The position numbers and the translations under genes are program-made. From positions 186,001-250,000 of the forward strand of contig QPGO01000079.1 in assembly GCA_008632985.1 (NCBI GenBank): a stretch of DNA of 64,000 nucleotides, in the 5' to 3' direction. The DNA is from Psammoneis japonica. Lineage: Eukaryota. This document shows positions 25,101-38,200 of the stretch, one piece after another (positions within the stretch are counted from its first letter, which is position 1; each line of letters opens with the position of its first letter). The notes beneath the pieces were generated by a model, which saw only the letters and a list, made by a program, of their open reading frames with translations, was not told where the DNA came from and made no database searches.

Positions 25101-27069
25101 TCGGCTAGTGTCTGTGATCAAAGCAGCTGTAGAGCGGGAGACGGACGTGACAAACATTACATTCTCAACATATGACGACTTGCTCGCACTCTTAGCGAGG
25201 AACGTGACATGTTCGTCCGAATTAGAACATCATGGGTTTTCTGCTTTTAGTCAGGTTCAATTCGAGAATGCCACGGAGTCTGATTTCGATACCTCTGCAA
25301 GTTTCGTTGCTGGTTTTGTGAACGGTTTTCTCGAAGAAAAGGAGCGGAAGGTCATGAAGGAAAGACGCGTGGCTCCAATGAATCTCTGGACGGCGTTCCG
25401 TGTCATCAAGTCAAGCGCTCGATGCTCGATAACCAAGCAGCCTCTGTGTCGAGAAGAGTACATGGAGCTTCCTTCCTCGTTTGGCTTAAGAGTAGAACAA
25501 CGCACGGTGGTTTATGACCTGTTTTTGCGCTACGAGGAATGGCTTAGCCATGGGAGCTTCAAATGGGACGAGGCTGATCGCGTTCTCTACATCTTGAAGT
25601 ATGGCCCCAGTGTCTTTTCAGAGTCTGATTTCGTCCCTTGGGAGAAGCGCGCCTTTGTTTATTATCAAGATGGTCTGTTGGAGGAGGATCGAAAGACGCC
25701 TTTGTATCCTTTCTTCTATGATATGGTTTTTGCCGATGAGGCGCAAGATTTTTCGGAACTTGATCTGGCTCTTCTCCTTCGAATGAGCAGCGGCGTCCGC
25801 TCATTGTTCCTTGGTTCAGATCCAGCTCAGTCCGTAGAGCTTGGAATTCGAATGCGAGCCGGTACGATTAATGATGTTTGGCACAACTCGCTATCTTCAG
25901 ACCACAAGGGGATTCAGGTCAAGAGCGTGTTGCAAGAAATTCAGATGCGAACGAATCATCGGACGCATGCACAGAATCTTGCAATGGCAAAGGCGGTTCG
26001 ACGAATCTTAGCGAGGTCGTTCGGTGTTCCTTTGACGCAGGAAAATGCGCTCATCAATGGACCCATTCCAGAAGGGCTTTCGTTGGAAAGATTGAGTGAT
26101 CTGGCCAATGAAGATGTGTTCGTTGGCGGCAACATTGTGTTTCTTGCACCCGATGAAATGACCGACACGTTGAGATCGGAACTGCGCAAGTTGGGAGTGC
26201 AGAACGACCTCTTCGGTGTTCGAGAGGCCAAAGGTCTTGAGTTCAATGCTGTTGCACTAGTTGGCTTTTTCTCATACATTGACGAGCTCGAAAGCGGGAG
26301 ACAATGGGAGAATTCTCTTCGCTGGCTGTCAAGTAGGACTGGCGTTACGACGACAGAGAGCTCGGAAAAAATACAGGGACGTCAGCTCGAGGACTGTGAT
26401 TACAACCTCTCTCACCCAGAGTTGCTCGATCAAGCGATGCTTTTGTATACAGCGCTCACGCGAGCTCGAAACCACCTCTATCTGATCGAAGTCAAGGAGC
26501 TTGGAGCCAGCACGCGAAGAAAAGGTGGCGTTCCGTTGAGCGAATTTGCCTTTCGTCGTTTCAAGGACCTGGACTTGATCAAAATTGTTAATTTCATTCA
26601 CGAAGGATTTGCTGAAATGACGCCCGCTCAACACAAGGCGCGTGGGGTACTCTTGGTGACACAAGCTACCAGTCTGTCCAGAAGCTCAGCCTTACTGTCC
26701 GTCGTAAAGGAGAAATTCCTCGAAGCCGCGGATCGGTTCCGCCCGGACAAGGGCGACGACAAGGACTTGCTTGATCAATGTCTAAAGCACATGGACGCAG
26801 TACTTCTTAAACGCTCGCTTGTCGAAACTATCAAGAAGAAGTTCTTTGACCCCACTACTGGCTCGTACTATGATTTGGAAGGTCGCTTCGCTGACGTTTT
26901 GAGCTTGGAGCAAGATTTCAGCAAGTTCTTCAACATGTGTGTCGGCGATACCTTCTTGGCAGACGAGATTAGCGAAATTCGGTCCCTGATGGAGGATTTG
27001 TTTGCCGGGACACCTTTCGAAGTTCGTTTCGGAGAGATCTGTGAGGCCATCAAACTACACGAGCGATAG
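22123..27069 (+). CDS. Coiled-coil + ankyrin repeat + UvrD-like SF1A helicase (TRANK1-like); intron 24545-24628
   Basis: Ankyrin (NEYGHTFLMVAAQNN...LGADPN), GGAGTGKT, FADEAQD, MRTNHRT, EAKGLEF and LYTALTRAR. The GT-AG intron joins the two ORFs in frame. Confidence 0.8.
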
Positions 27070-27312
27070 AGATGCGGTTTGATTTTAGGATTCAAGTGCA
27101 CATATTTTGCAGACTCTCTTCTATATCCATGTGCACACTCGGTACGATACGGTACAATTCTGTTTTCTCACGAGCTACCTTAGGCACACTAGCTAGGGCC
27201 TACTTCTAGTAGAACGCGACGTAATGCCCTCCTTGAAATCTTGCTTCAAAGCCAATCTTCCATTGGAGCTACTGTCTCGCATAGGTATTGCCAAGTGTGC
27301 TTGTGATCCCAT

Positions 27313-28443
27313 TCAACCCGTCACATCTTCTTCCTCGCACGTTTGCAGTTTGGACAGGCAAAAATCTTTGATTTCCTGCGCTGCTGTTTCGTTCCAGCAA
27401 ATGCTGGCATGATCGGTTCCCGACACGAGCACATATTTCACGTCGGTATGCTTTTTCATGGCGGCCGCCATAAGCTCCCCGTTTTCCTGCAATCCCATGT
27501 CGAACGAAGCATTCATAATTAACGTGCTGGGCAAATGCGTCGTGTTGACCTCGACCGTGCTTGTAGACGACGATGATGCGGTGCCTTCCTTTTCGCCGTT
27601 TTCTTCTGTTTTGGTTTCATCCTCCACTCCCCTTTTGGACAATGACAGCCTCACAAGGTACTGTGCGGCCGTTCCCAAGACACTCGTGTCCTTGTCGGGT
27701 TCCAACAGGAGCAGAGGTGATGCTTCTCGTTTGAGTTGCTCGTCTGTTCCAAAAGCCGGAAGAACGTAGGCTATGTTGAACCATTTGTTTTTGGCATCCA
27801 ACAATTTCTTTTGGAGCGGACTAAACAAATCATACACTCCCGAGACCAATACGAGTCCCTTGAAAAAGTCTTTGGGAATGCCGACTGGTTCCAAAAAGGT
27901 TGCGTGTCTCAAGACGAGAAGAGATGCAATGTGCCCTCCCGCCGAATGTCCCGACAAGAATACTTGATTCACGTCTCCACCCAGCGCTGTAATGTTGTGT
28001 TGAACCCATGCAATGGCGGCGGCCGCATCGTGAACAAACTCGGGATACTTCCCCAACCGGTATGCCGGAGCGACCGCAATGCATCCAAAGCTTGCAGCAT
28101 TCTGACTCATGGCGGGTCCACCGTAAAAGCAATTGTCTTTGGATCCTCGTGACCATCCTCCACCGTGAATGTGAATAAAGACGGGCTTGAGTTTGGCGCT
28201 TGAAGAATCGTCGCTGGCCGCTGGAAAGTAAATATCGAGCGTTTGTTCGTCACAGACATCGCCGTATTTAACGTTGGCCATGGAGTGGACTTTGGTATCA
28301 CCAATCTCCTTTGTGGATCGCCAAGATCCACCCGATTCAGAAGCTAATTTAGAAAAGGCATCGCGAAAGGGCTCCTCCACGTTTTCAATCCCTCCAGCTT
28401 CACTCGTAGTTTTCTCTGCTACTTCTTTTTCGTCCTCAGACAT
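27313..28443 (-). CDS. Alpha/beta hydrolase (HSL/BD-FAE-like carboxylesterase)
   Basis: LDIY, HIHGGGW, SGHSAGG nucleophile elbow and a C-terminal DH. Confidence 0.85.
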   Translation of the reverse strand: MSEDEKEVAEKTTSEAGGIENVEEPFRDAFSKLASESGGSWRSTKEIGDTKVHSMANVKYGDVCDEQTLDIYFPAASDDSSSAKLKPVFIHIHGGGWSRGSKDNCFYGGPAMSQNAASFGCIAVAPAYRLGKYPEFVHDAAAAIAWVQHNITALGGDVNQVFLSGHSAGGHIASLLVLRHATFLEPVGIPKDFFKGLVLVSGVYDLFSPLQKKLLDAKNKWFNIAYVLPAFGTDEQLKREASPLLLLEPDKDTSVLGTAAQYLVRLSLSKRGVEDETKTEENGEKEGTASSSSTSTVEVNTTHLPSTLIMNASFDMGLQENGELMAAAMKKHTDVKYVLVSGTDHASICWNETAAQEIKDFCLSKLQTCEEEDVTG

Positions 28444-28764
28444 GGTAAAGATTGTCTTTTGAACGGTGCTGTCGAGAAGTGTTTGTGTTTCAAGGCACAA
28501 GAAGAACCTTCTGATGATGGGCTCTGTTTTATCGCAACATGCCGTTCCCGTTTTTCGTTCTTGGTTTTTTGAATTTAAACGTATATCCGGAATCGTATAT
28601 GATGTATTGTTGAACACTGTAACGTTCATTTTATGAATGATGGGCGACTATGCTTTTGAACTTCGAGACGAACGATATGATGCTAACGGACGGCGAACAC
28701 ACCGCCATGACGACGCACAAAGCAAGCACAAAAAGCAGTGATGCTGCCGTTCCAGTAAACCATC

Positions 28765-29957
28765 ATGAGCAACAATGAGATTCATCAAACAAGCTTGAAA
28801 GGCCATACAGCTTCCGTCTTGTGTTTGGACCATAGCAGCAACGACTCGTCGCTGTGTCTTTTGAGCGGTTCCGAAGACTGCACAGCACGGCTCTGGGATT
28901 TACGATCAAGTTCCCGTGCAGCACTTTGCGTTGTCGAAAAACAGCCCGTCAATTCGGTAGCCTTTGCCTCTACTCCACTCGAAAATAGCGTTCCATGCAA
29001 TAGTCCATTTCCGAGAAATTTCCTCGTGTTTTGTGCCGTAGGCAATCACGTTTACGGCTATGATTTGAGAAAGGCGTCGGCACCCATTGTCAGAGAACAT
29101 GATTACAATGTATCGTCTGTTTTGGAAAATCAAGAAGAAATCAATCAAATTGCTGTTTGTCAAAATAACAAAAAAGAATTACATATAGCCGCAGCCGATG
29201 ATGGTGGCATGGTGCGAGTCACATCTGATTGGGATGATTCTCCGAATGGACGAAGACGAATACTGCATCACGACAAAGATCGACTCGCCATGGTGACGTG
29301 CACTGCATTCCGTCCCACTCGGGGCAGACTTGACTTGGCCACTGGGGGGACCGACTGTCAGTGCACTTGTGGGATATTTCCAACCACGGCGACCATCCTC
29401 TTCTCTACAAATGACTCGAAACGACGCGGGAGGCAATCAGGTTTGCAATCCACCCATGGTGCACTCGTTATCTTGGAGTCCCAGTGGACGGTTGCTGGCG
29501 GCGGGATTGGGGGACGCACGTGCAGCGTTATGCGTGTGAGTGGAAGAATCTTGGTGGAAGCGACGCGATGCCACACGACGCGTCTGTCGCGTCTGTAGTC
29601 TTTCCCAATTTCACTTCTTTTCGCCGTCAAACCAGAAATCACGATCGACTCCTCGTGACGGCAAGCAACGACGGCGCATTTTGTTTTGGGATTTGGGATC
29701 CAAAATAGCCGGAGACGGAGCCATGGACCCGTCCACCATGTTTGCGAGTGAAATGACTGGTACTGTGGAGGACAAAATGGCAGACATGAAGATAGACAAA
29801 GATGATGTGCAGGAAGCATCGTCCAGCATTTTGTTTGGCATCCTCACAACCAAAAGCCAAACTGGTTGACAAGCAGCGGTGGTTCCAATAGTCCACCAAG
29901 CATATTTGTGCAGACACGACCAACAATATTACAGCATACACACTGCCAATACGATAG
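28765..29957 (+). CDS. WD40-repeat protein (WDR53-like), several apparent frameshifts
   Basis: LKGHTASVLCLD...SGSEDCTARLWDLR, EEINQI, QVCNPPMVHSLSWSPSGRLLAAGLGD, spread over different frames. Confidence 0.65.
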
Positions 29958-30100
29958 AAAATTAACATAGAATAACGCAGAGCTACAACTCATCTTTGCT
30001 CATGGGTATTCTTTTATAAGCAGGCAAGTCCACTTTATGCGCACAGAAATCTCCTTCACCCCATCCGAATTGAAAATGTCACCATGACTCTTGTTTATTT

Positions 30101-30518
30101 TCACAAGACACTACTCCCCACCGATCCGCACCCGACAGCTGCATATCGGGATCGACCGCTTCGTCCTTGACGAGCTTGGGTTTCTTCTTCTTTTTGACTG
30201 GCACGGGCGATGGTGCACCGCCTCGTTGCTTTTTCTTTCGTTCCATCACCACCTTGAATACTTCTTTGCTTCCTTCTCGGGTAAGACTCCATAACTGACA
30301 CACCTATACCAGAAAAAAGCGAAAAATAGCAGACATAAGAAACAGACAAAACGCTGAAAGGCATCGTCTGTTCATAATGAGGCCTTACCACTCTTGGGCC
30401 ATGGCAGAATCAGGCCGTTGCCTCAAAAGCGTTTCATAAAACACACGATCCCCAAACCGGGTGTTGGCGTTGGGAACTTTTGTCCCGGCTTGAGATTTTC
30501 GTCGGCGACAGTCGCCAT
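30101..30518 (-). CDS. Small Lys-rich hypothetical protein; 1 intron (~30304-30388) plus frameshifts
   Basis: MATVADENLKPGQKFPTPTPG..DRVFYETLLRQRPDSAMAQEW|CVSYGVLPEKEAKK reconstructed across frames. Confidence 0.5.
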
Positions 30519-30996
30519 GGTTGCTGTATGATGTGCGCTCTATCGAGCGACTTCGTACCTCATACCGACCGACCGCCGCCCGTACCGGTACATACTGGAC
30601 TCTGCACAGTGAGTCTATGCGTCGACCGTTTTCGCGCGCCTCCCCTCGCACGAACGTCGATCCACGATGAGACGAATAAAATGCGAACAGCGACCATAAT
30701 GAGGAAAACGTCTTCGTTGGTGATCTTGACGTGTGATTGTGGCAAAGGAACCGCAATATGTTGATCCGGACAAGGTCGATTCGGGCCTTGTTGAAACATG
30801 ACAGTGGCACAGCAAGGTGCAAGATTGTCCCCACAACAACAAGTCCAAAGGTTCTCGGTGTTCAACCCGAACCCTCCACCCGGAAGTGCCGCGAATCAAG
30901 CGGAAGTGAGATGAGAGTTCGCGATTATTGTGAATACCGAGTCGCATATTTTTGCAATTGCAATTAGAGCGTGGCTCCATGAAACTCGGATGAGAC

Positions 30997-32226
30997 ATGT
31001 GTTTCGTTCATCATACGTTGGTTCTTCCGTCTTTGGGAGGATGGCTGGTGAGGATGATGTTGATCCAGCCTAGCTCGGCCTGCTGGCGGCCACTCCTCTC
31101 CTATGTGTCAGTCCAGGACTTTTGCGACCAAACATATTGCATGGGAGATTGTTGGGGGCAGACCAAGATGAGGTGCCAGGGCGGTTTTTATCCTTTGGAA
31201 TGTTGCGAAGCCGCCACCCGAATGAACGATTGTCAGACGGAGCGATTGATACGATGTGGTTTTACCAATGGCGACAGCATACAGCTCGATATTACCGCAG
31301 GATTACAGTATGACTTTTGTGGTGGCGAGTGTTTGAGAGCAGAAGTTAAGAGGCCCCCTTTTTGGTATGACGGTTGTGACAATGACGTCTTGTGCGCTTG
31401 CAGGGATGCCAATGTGCAAGCGGCATGGCCTTGCAAATTCAATGATTTAGAATGCCGATGTCCGATTGCGAAGACCTATCTTGACTGCATTCGATCTGAG
31501 GTGGAAGCTTGTGACAACGAAGAACTGAACAAGGCTTACAGCACCGGGAGTGCCAGTTTGGAGGAAGGCTGTTCAAGTGTCATCAATCTATCGCCCACTC
31601 CTTCGAGTACGACTTGGCCATCAACAACGGAACCAACCACTGTACCTCCAAGTGTTGAACCAACAAAGTTCCCGACGCCATCGCCCACAGAACCATCCAC
31701 GACCGCATCCACCCCAACTGATGGACCGGCGACATCTCCAACACCCCCACCTTCCACAATCGAACCAACCACTGCAGGTCCAAGTGTTGAACCGACGAAA
31801 TCCTCGACACCACTACCCACGACCGCATCCACTCAAACTGATGGACCGACGGTATCTCCAACAACAACACCTTCCACAATCGAACCAACCACTGTAGGTC
31901 CAAGTGTTGAACCGACGAAATCCTCGACACCACTACCCACGACCGCATCCACTCAAACTGATGGACCGACGGCATCTCCAACAACAACAACACCTCCAAC
32001 TGTGTCTCCAACGTTACCGGCACAGGCAACGGCACTTCCAAGCACAATGGTACCAAGCGTTGATACAAGTAGTAGTGTGTCACCCAGCACACCGTCTCCG
32101 ACGAGTAGCAATCCCGTCGATGCCTTTACATCGGATACTAGTTCCGTGGGTGGGGCTGCTGCAGAGGCTGCTCGCTCTTGTCGCAATTGGATGGCTGCTG
32201 CGGTGGCGTGGATCACCTTTCTTTAG
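30997..32226 (+). CDS. Cys-rich + Pro/Thr/Ser mucin-like surface protein with GPI-signal-like C-terminus; 5' end uncertain
   Basis: Cys-rich N-domain, PTS repeats and a hydrophobic end (WMAAAVAWITFL). It has a 2-nt deletion near 31070 relative to the paralog at 45065. Confidence 0.6.
   Translation: MCFVHHTLVLPSLGGWLVRMMLIQPSSACWRPLLSYVSVQDFCDQTYCMGDCWGQTKMRCQGGFYPLECCEAATRMNDCQTERLIRCGFTNGDSIQLDITAGLQYDFCGGECLRAEVKRPPFWYDGCDNDVLCACRDANVQAAWPCKFNDLECRCPIAKTYLDCIRSEVEACDNEELNKAYSTGSASLEEGCSSVINLSPTPSSTTWPSTTEPTTVPPSVEPTKFPTPSPTEPSTTASTPTDGPATSPTPPPSTIEPTTAGPSVEPTKSSTPLPTTASTQTDGPTVSPTTTPSTIEPTTVGPSVEPTKSSTPLPTTASTQTDGPTASPTTTTPPTVSPTLPAQATALPSTMVPSVDTSSSVSPSTPSPTSSNPVDAFTSDTSSVGGAAAEAARSCRNWMAAAVAWITFL
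31630..31990 (+). repeat. Coding tandem repeat: two near-identical 120-bp units (31751-31870, 31871-31990) plus a diverged upstream unit
   Basis: cttccacaatcgaaccaaccactg.aggtccaagtgttgaaccgacgaaatcctcgacacc... recurs at 120-bp spacing. Confidence 0.9.
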
Positions 32227-35200
32227 GCTGCTCAGTTTTATAGTGTTTAACACCTAAGTAAAGCAAGTTCACATCAACAACACATGCTGAGAGAATGTCA
32301 GAGGACGGTTGCATGCTGATGTTTCGAATGCGAAAGCATTGTGTGAATGCTGTGGGAACAGCGAAGAGCCGTCCGCAGTGGACAACCTTCATGATGATTT
32401 TTGCAGATGTGAGTGCGGGGACAACAGGAAGGAAATGGAAGAGGGGGGCTCAGCTGTTGGAGAATGTGAGTTGGCTTGGCTGGCTGACATCATTGCAGCA
32501 TGCATGTGTTGGATGGAGAATGTCTTGGCTTGTTTTGATGACACCAAGCATGGGGGGTGTTGGCAGGGATGGTGACTTCATTGCATTTGACAAGGTCTGG
32601 ACAAAGGGCGATGTTGCAAAGTGACCAGATGAGTTCCAGCAAAGAGTGGATGAGCTGGTTGCATCCAGCTGTCTCAAATTCATGGCCAAAGTCTGGGGCA
32701 GTGACAAGGACAATGGAGCAAGAATCCACAAGCATGTCTCTCAGCATGGTGCAAGGGCAAGGCTTTTCCCAATTTGGATGTGGAGCTGTGTTGGTGGTCA
32801 GAAGATGACAATCTCTTCTTCTGCATGGTGCACATGAAAGCAAGCCAGCAACTGAAGGATCTTGGCAAGGAAAGCATGCACACTGAAGCTTGCTTCAAGG
32901 CAACTCCATTTGGGGGGTGATGAAATGACTGGCGGTGTTGACGGTGAGATTGAAAAGTCAGAAAAGATGCAAATGGACAGTCTGCTTCATCAAAAGCATG
33001 CAAGAGCATTGTGCAAGGTGAGAACCACACCAGATGCACTCCTGGTGCTTGAAGAGGCTCCAGATGATGCAACAGAGGCTGAAAAGGAATTGGAAAAGAA
33101 GAAGCCAAAAAACAAGAGCCAAAACAACAGCAAATCTCATTTGTCATTAGAGTGACCAAGTTTTGTTGGGAGGCACCAATCCAGGTTTGTCTGAAAGAGT
33201 TGTGCAACAAACATGGACTCGCTTGGCTTTGCTTCACAGTGTGCCACAATGATGAATTCTCAACTCTGCTGGAGATCTTCCAAGAATGTGATCTGAGTTG
33301 AAAGCTTGTGAAACATGTGGTGTCATGAAACTTCACAGATCAGCCTCCGGAATTGATGGGAGATGCATCTTGGTGGCAAGTGGTGCAAGAAGATGTGTGC
33401 TGTGCACCAAGTTGGGTGTGTTGGTGTTGCAACTGGGCACACACTCCTGGCAGTGTGCAATGCCAAAATGTGAAAGCTCAGCAAGGCCAGCACCTGGCAG
33501 ATGCAGCAGAGCTGACCAAAGAGGGGAAATTGGATTCATTCACAGCACACTTGCAGACCATTTTCTGAGAGGACACAAACCAGCCAGCCACAAGCTCAAA
33601 AGAATGACTGAGTGCAAAACACTTTGGCAGGTGAGAGGTGAGCCCAGCCACCAGTTGTGTGAGAAAACACTTGGAGTGCTTTGAGTGCACCCTCTGTGCA
33701 TGAGAGAAAGAGTCAAAATGCTTTGTCCAGAGTTGATCGACATGTGGCAAGCAACAAAGCTTCTCCGTGGCAACCTGCAACACAAACAACAGCTTAAACT
33801 TTGGTGCTTGCAGGCACAAAACAAAGTTTCACAGGTCCACGGAAGACATGTCTGGCATGAAAAGCACCTGAGCTGATGTGAGCAGTGTGCCCAAAAGAGG
33901 CTGCAGCAGCAAAGATGGAGGAGCAGATGGAGACACTCCAAATGAGAGATGTCTTTTCATCTGAGGTGAGAAACGCGCATGCAGAGGTGAGACATTTTGT
34001 CTGTCCTTCTTTTGTCAACATGCTTTCCATGAGAGCAAATCTGGCTGGACTTTCTCCAAATCTTTTTTTTCTTCTTTCCTTGGATCTGTTCATTTTGACA
34101 TGCCAGGAGTTGTTGTTCTCATTGCTTGCGGCTGTGCTGCTTTTCTCATTTGTCCTCGGTGGTGATCTTTGGCTGGCAAAAAAAGGCCCAGCTGGGGCCT
34201 GCAAATGCAAGAGTGGAGCTGGCTTTGCCAGCACACTGACTGCACTTCTCCAAAACAAATCCAGGCTGGACAGCAAGGGCTGGAGGGTGGGAGAGGTGGG
34301 AGCATTTGAACTGTCGTCAGGAACAGGCACTTGCTGTTGTTCTTCCCAAAAGAATGAGAGCAGAAGCCAGTGCTGACATGCATTTTGGGTTTGCCAATCA
34401 AACCAGGTTTCATCTTCAAACAATGGTTGAGTTGCATCATCAACGCATGGCAATGTGCATGCACAGTGGCAATGGAAACCATCATCTGGCCTGACCTCCT
34501 CCTTGATCCACACATCAGGGATCAGCCAAGCACAGCTTCTGCCCCAGGCAATGCATGCAAGAAGCACATGATTCCTGAAGGACACACCTGCACTCTTCAA
34601 ACCACCACACCTGCATCTGGTCTGAACTCTGGGCCCAGAGTTGCAGTTGTCTTCTCACTGTTGGGTGCAGTGATGCAAGCATTTTTAATGTCTGCTGCCT
34701 TGACCTCCAAGTCATTTGGAGTGGCCAGAGTGAAGGCAATTCTTGCACTCTTGTGTGATGCAATGCTTGTGCAGCATCATGCATTGTCAAGCAGCAGAAG
34801 AAATTGTGCATGTTCACAATCACATGATGTCATGTGTGTCAATCGTGTCACAGTCGTGGATGCATGCAAAGGACAGATTAATCACACAGATGTGATTGAA
34901 TGTCAAAAATTGCAAATGCAATTGGACAATGATGATGACACATGAGATGTCAATGTTGATCACATCCGGACAATCTGTTGTCATGATCTAATTCTCTGTA
35001 AGGCCTTCAGTTTGCAGACACAGCACAAAAGCTTTGGGCCATGAAGAACTCCTTCAGAGAAACCCCAAATCTCAGAACACAATCCAATCTCATAATTTTC
35101 CACTTTTCATGATTCATTCTACTTCTGTTCACAATTGTTCTTCAAGCATGGTGCACTTGCATGTGTTGAGGTCACTGGAGGTTCAATCGTGTGCCCCCCA

Positions 35201-35229
35201 GCTGTGCAGTGTGCCCCTTTGCACCCAAA

Positions 35230-38200
35230 ATCCTGCAGCTTGATGTCAAACACCAAGTGACTTGATGTGCTGGTGTCCCACCAGTTGTTCATTGTTGTCA
35301 ATTGTCTTGAATGCCTTCCAAACAATGGACATCTCCTTGTTTGTGGAGTCTTGCCACAGGCAATTGCCACTTGCCTTGTCAATGTTGACTGCTTCACAGC
35401 AATTCTTGTGAATGCACACCCCACACTTGTGGGTGCATTTTAAGGCACAGGGAACCCACCATGCAGAAGTGGGTTCATCTTCAATTGATCAATGTCTGGC
35501 ATGCTGCTCCACCAGCTCAGCGGGATTCAATTCCTTGAAGTTGCCAGATGTTCCCAGGTGGTGGCACCATCTTTCCATCAAACACCAAGATGCCAGCCCT
35601 TGGTTGTCTTGCACATGGTGCTGCATCCCCTGCTTTCCTGGGTGAAGGTGTCCTCCTTCTGGACTGTGTGTTCATTGGTCTTGTGGCCTGCAATGGCATC
35701 CAGCAACAGGTGCTGGTTGCCTTCATTGTTGCACTGGGCAAGCACATTCTTGGCTGTGACATTTGCTGCAAATTCAGCCTCCTGCCCATCAGAGAATTTG
35801 ACCTTGCACACACAGGTGTCCAGGGACAGATTGGGCTTGCTTGACCTGTTGGTGTTCCATCTGCATTGAGCTTGCATCTCTTGACTGTCCCAGTTTGCTG
35901 TGTGTCCCTATGAGGCAGCAGCACTTCTGAGTTTGCACATGCATTGAAGGCTGCATCCAGGATGTCATCCTCATTTGGAGCACTGGATGGAACATCCTGT
36001 TCCTTGTCATCTTTGCACAGATCAAAAGTGGGGGTTGCAGCATCTGGATCATCTGTGTCCCTGACTGTCATGCCGGGACCAAGCTTGGCCTCCATCAATT
36101 CTTCAAACTTTTCATGCTGTGCTTTCACGCAATGCTTGGCGATTCTCTTGGTGGCATTCTTCTGTGGTCAAGGGTTGACAGGTTGAACATTAGACAACCT
36201 GTCCATTGTCTTCAAGTGTCTCAGCCATCATGGCTGGACCCACATTCCAGCTGGGACCAAGGTGTCACCCTGGGACCTCCTTGTCTTTGGGGAACAAGGC
36301 TGCCATGTCAATGAACATAACCCAGTCATGATGCCAGCCAAAATCACACATGTGCAAAATGTCAACTCTCTGTCCTGACACAGCAGTTTTGCCATCCAGT
36401 TTGAAAATGTTGTGGACAGTGTTGGATCAAACAAGAGCCTCAAGTTAAAGGCAATCATTCCAAATTCATTTCAGGGCTCGTGTCTCAATCATCTTGCACC
36501 CTGCAGCACCATGCTTCAACTCACAAATGGTGCCCTCAGCAGCATTGGACCAAAGAATGCAGGTTCAGTTTGTCTGATGTGACAGTCAGCCTCCCTGACT
36601 TTCTTGTTGAATCACCATGTCATGGCATCTGTTCTTTTGCCCATCCACTGTCATCAACAATGCTTTGTGCACCAAGGGGCAAGCACGTGCCCAGCCATTG
36701 GACATTCCAAAGACTTGGGCACATGTGTTGCCTCATCTGGACCTGATGGCAGAAAACATTGTGTCAAAGCACATCTCCTTTGTGACACACCTGCATCTAA
36801 GTTGGCCGTCATTGGCTCCAAAGTTGCGCGACAGCAACAGATGCAAAAGACTGCATGAACATCATGCAGAGCAGTGACCTCAACAGCATTTTCAACATCC
36901 TTCAAGCTGATGGACCAGTTCTTGGCAAAACATTCAGCACCCACTTGAAGTTCCCGCTTTGTTGTTGTGAGCAAAGAAAGATTCATTGAAGCAAGAAGCA
37001 CATGGTTGTTGTGTGCATTTGAAATGTCCCACAATGGCTGGCTCCCCAGACAATTTGATGTGCAAGAGCTTCATGCTCATGATTTGGATCTCTGAGGACA
37101 TGCATCATCCCCAGCCTTGTGCATGCAGCCAAGGGGATCTGTCATGAAATCCTCCCTGGCTTGGTGGTCTGATGACTGTGGGGGGATTTGTGGGCAAGGT
37201 CATGCACCAAGCCATCTTGCACAGTGGCTTTGCACTCAGAAGCAGCAGGTTTTATCATCGGGAAACAGCTGGATGAGAGTTGGTCCTTGTCTGTGTTGGA
37301 GAGTGTTGCCACATGTGACATGCTGTCAGGCTTTGTCATCAGGAATTTTGGTTTCAGGTTGATTCCCACATCATTTGGCTGCAGTTGCATTGGGCACAAG
37401 AGGTTGTGTGCCAGGTGCGGAATGTGGTCTGCCTGGTGCACAACCAAGATGTGTTGATGTCTCACAGCAGGATGATCTGCACACACCACGGCACTGCCAA
37501 TGGTGTGCAAGCTTTTGCCAGTGCCCAGGTCAGGAGGATCACATCCTATGACATCTGCAAGATGATCATGGTTGAGTGATGTTAAAGTGTGTTCAACCAG
37601 TGCTTTCACTTCTGCACGACTGTCAATCTCAGTCTGAAATTTTTTTGTGTTGCACCCCCAACATGGGCATTTGCATGAGGCACAAGGTCTGAAGTGGGCT
37701 GAGGTGCACAGCCTTGGAGGAGGAGAACCATCATTCATTCTTCCAGTGTGGCTTTGGATGGCTTGTCCTTGGGTTTGTGCCCACAAGCATTGTGCAGGGA
37801 CTCAAGCTTTTTCTCAGCCTGTGGTGACATCTTGCCACACTCCTTTGGAGGTGGCACTTGTCCTCTGCGTCATCAGCATGAATGACACTGCACTTGCATT
37901 TGCCAGTCTGCAAGGCAGCAATGCAAGTCTCTTGCTCTCACTGTCAGGCTTGGACTGGCTGCTTGATAAAATCCTCGAACAGGGCTGCACAAGCTTCAAA
38001 GTTGCTGCGCAGCATCATGCTGCCACAATTTGTGTCTTGACTGAGCCAAGGAAAGCATTGTTGACACTCTCCAGAAGGTGGAGCACCTTGAAGTGGTCAT
38101 CAATTCTGGCACAGCTGCACTCCTTGAGGCCTTCAAGGATCATGTGCTGTTTGACATGAGCGCTGTTTGACATGAGCACACACACAGCACTCGAAATTCC

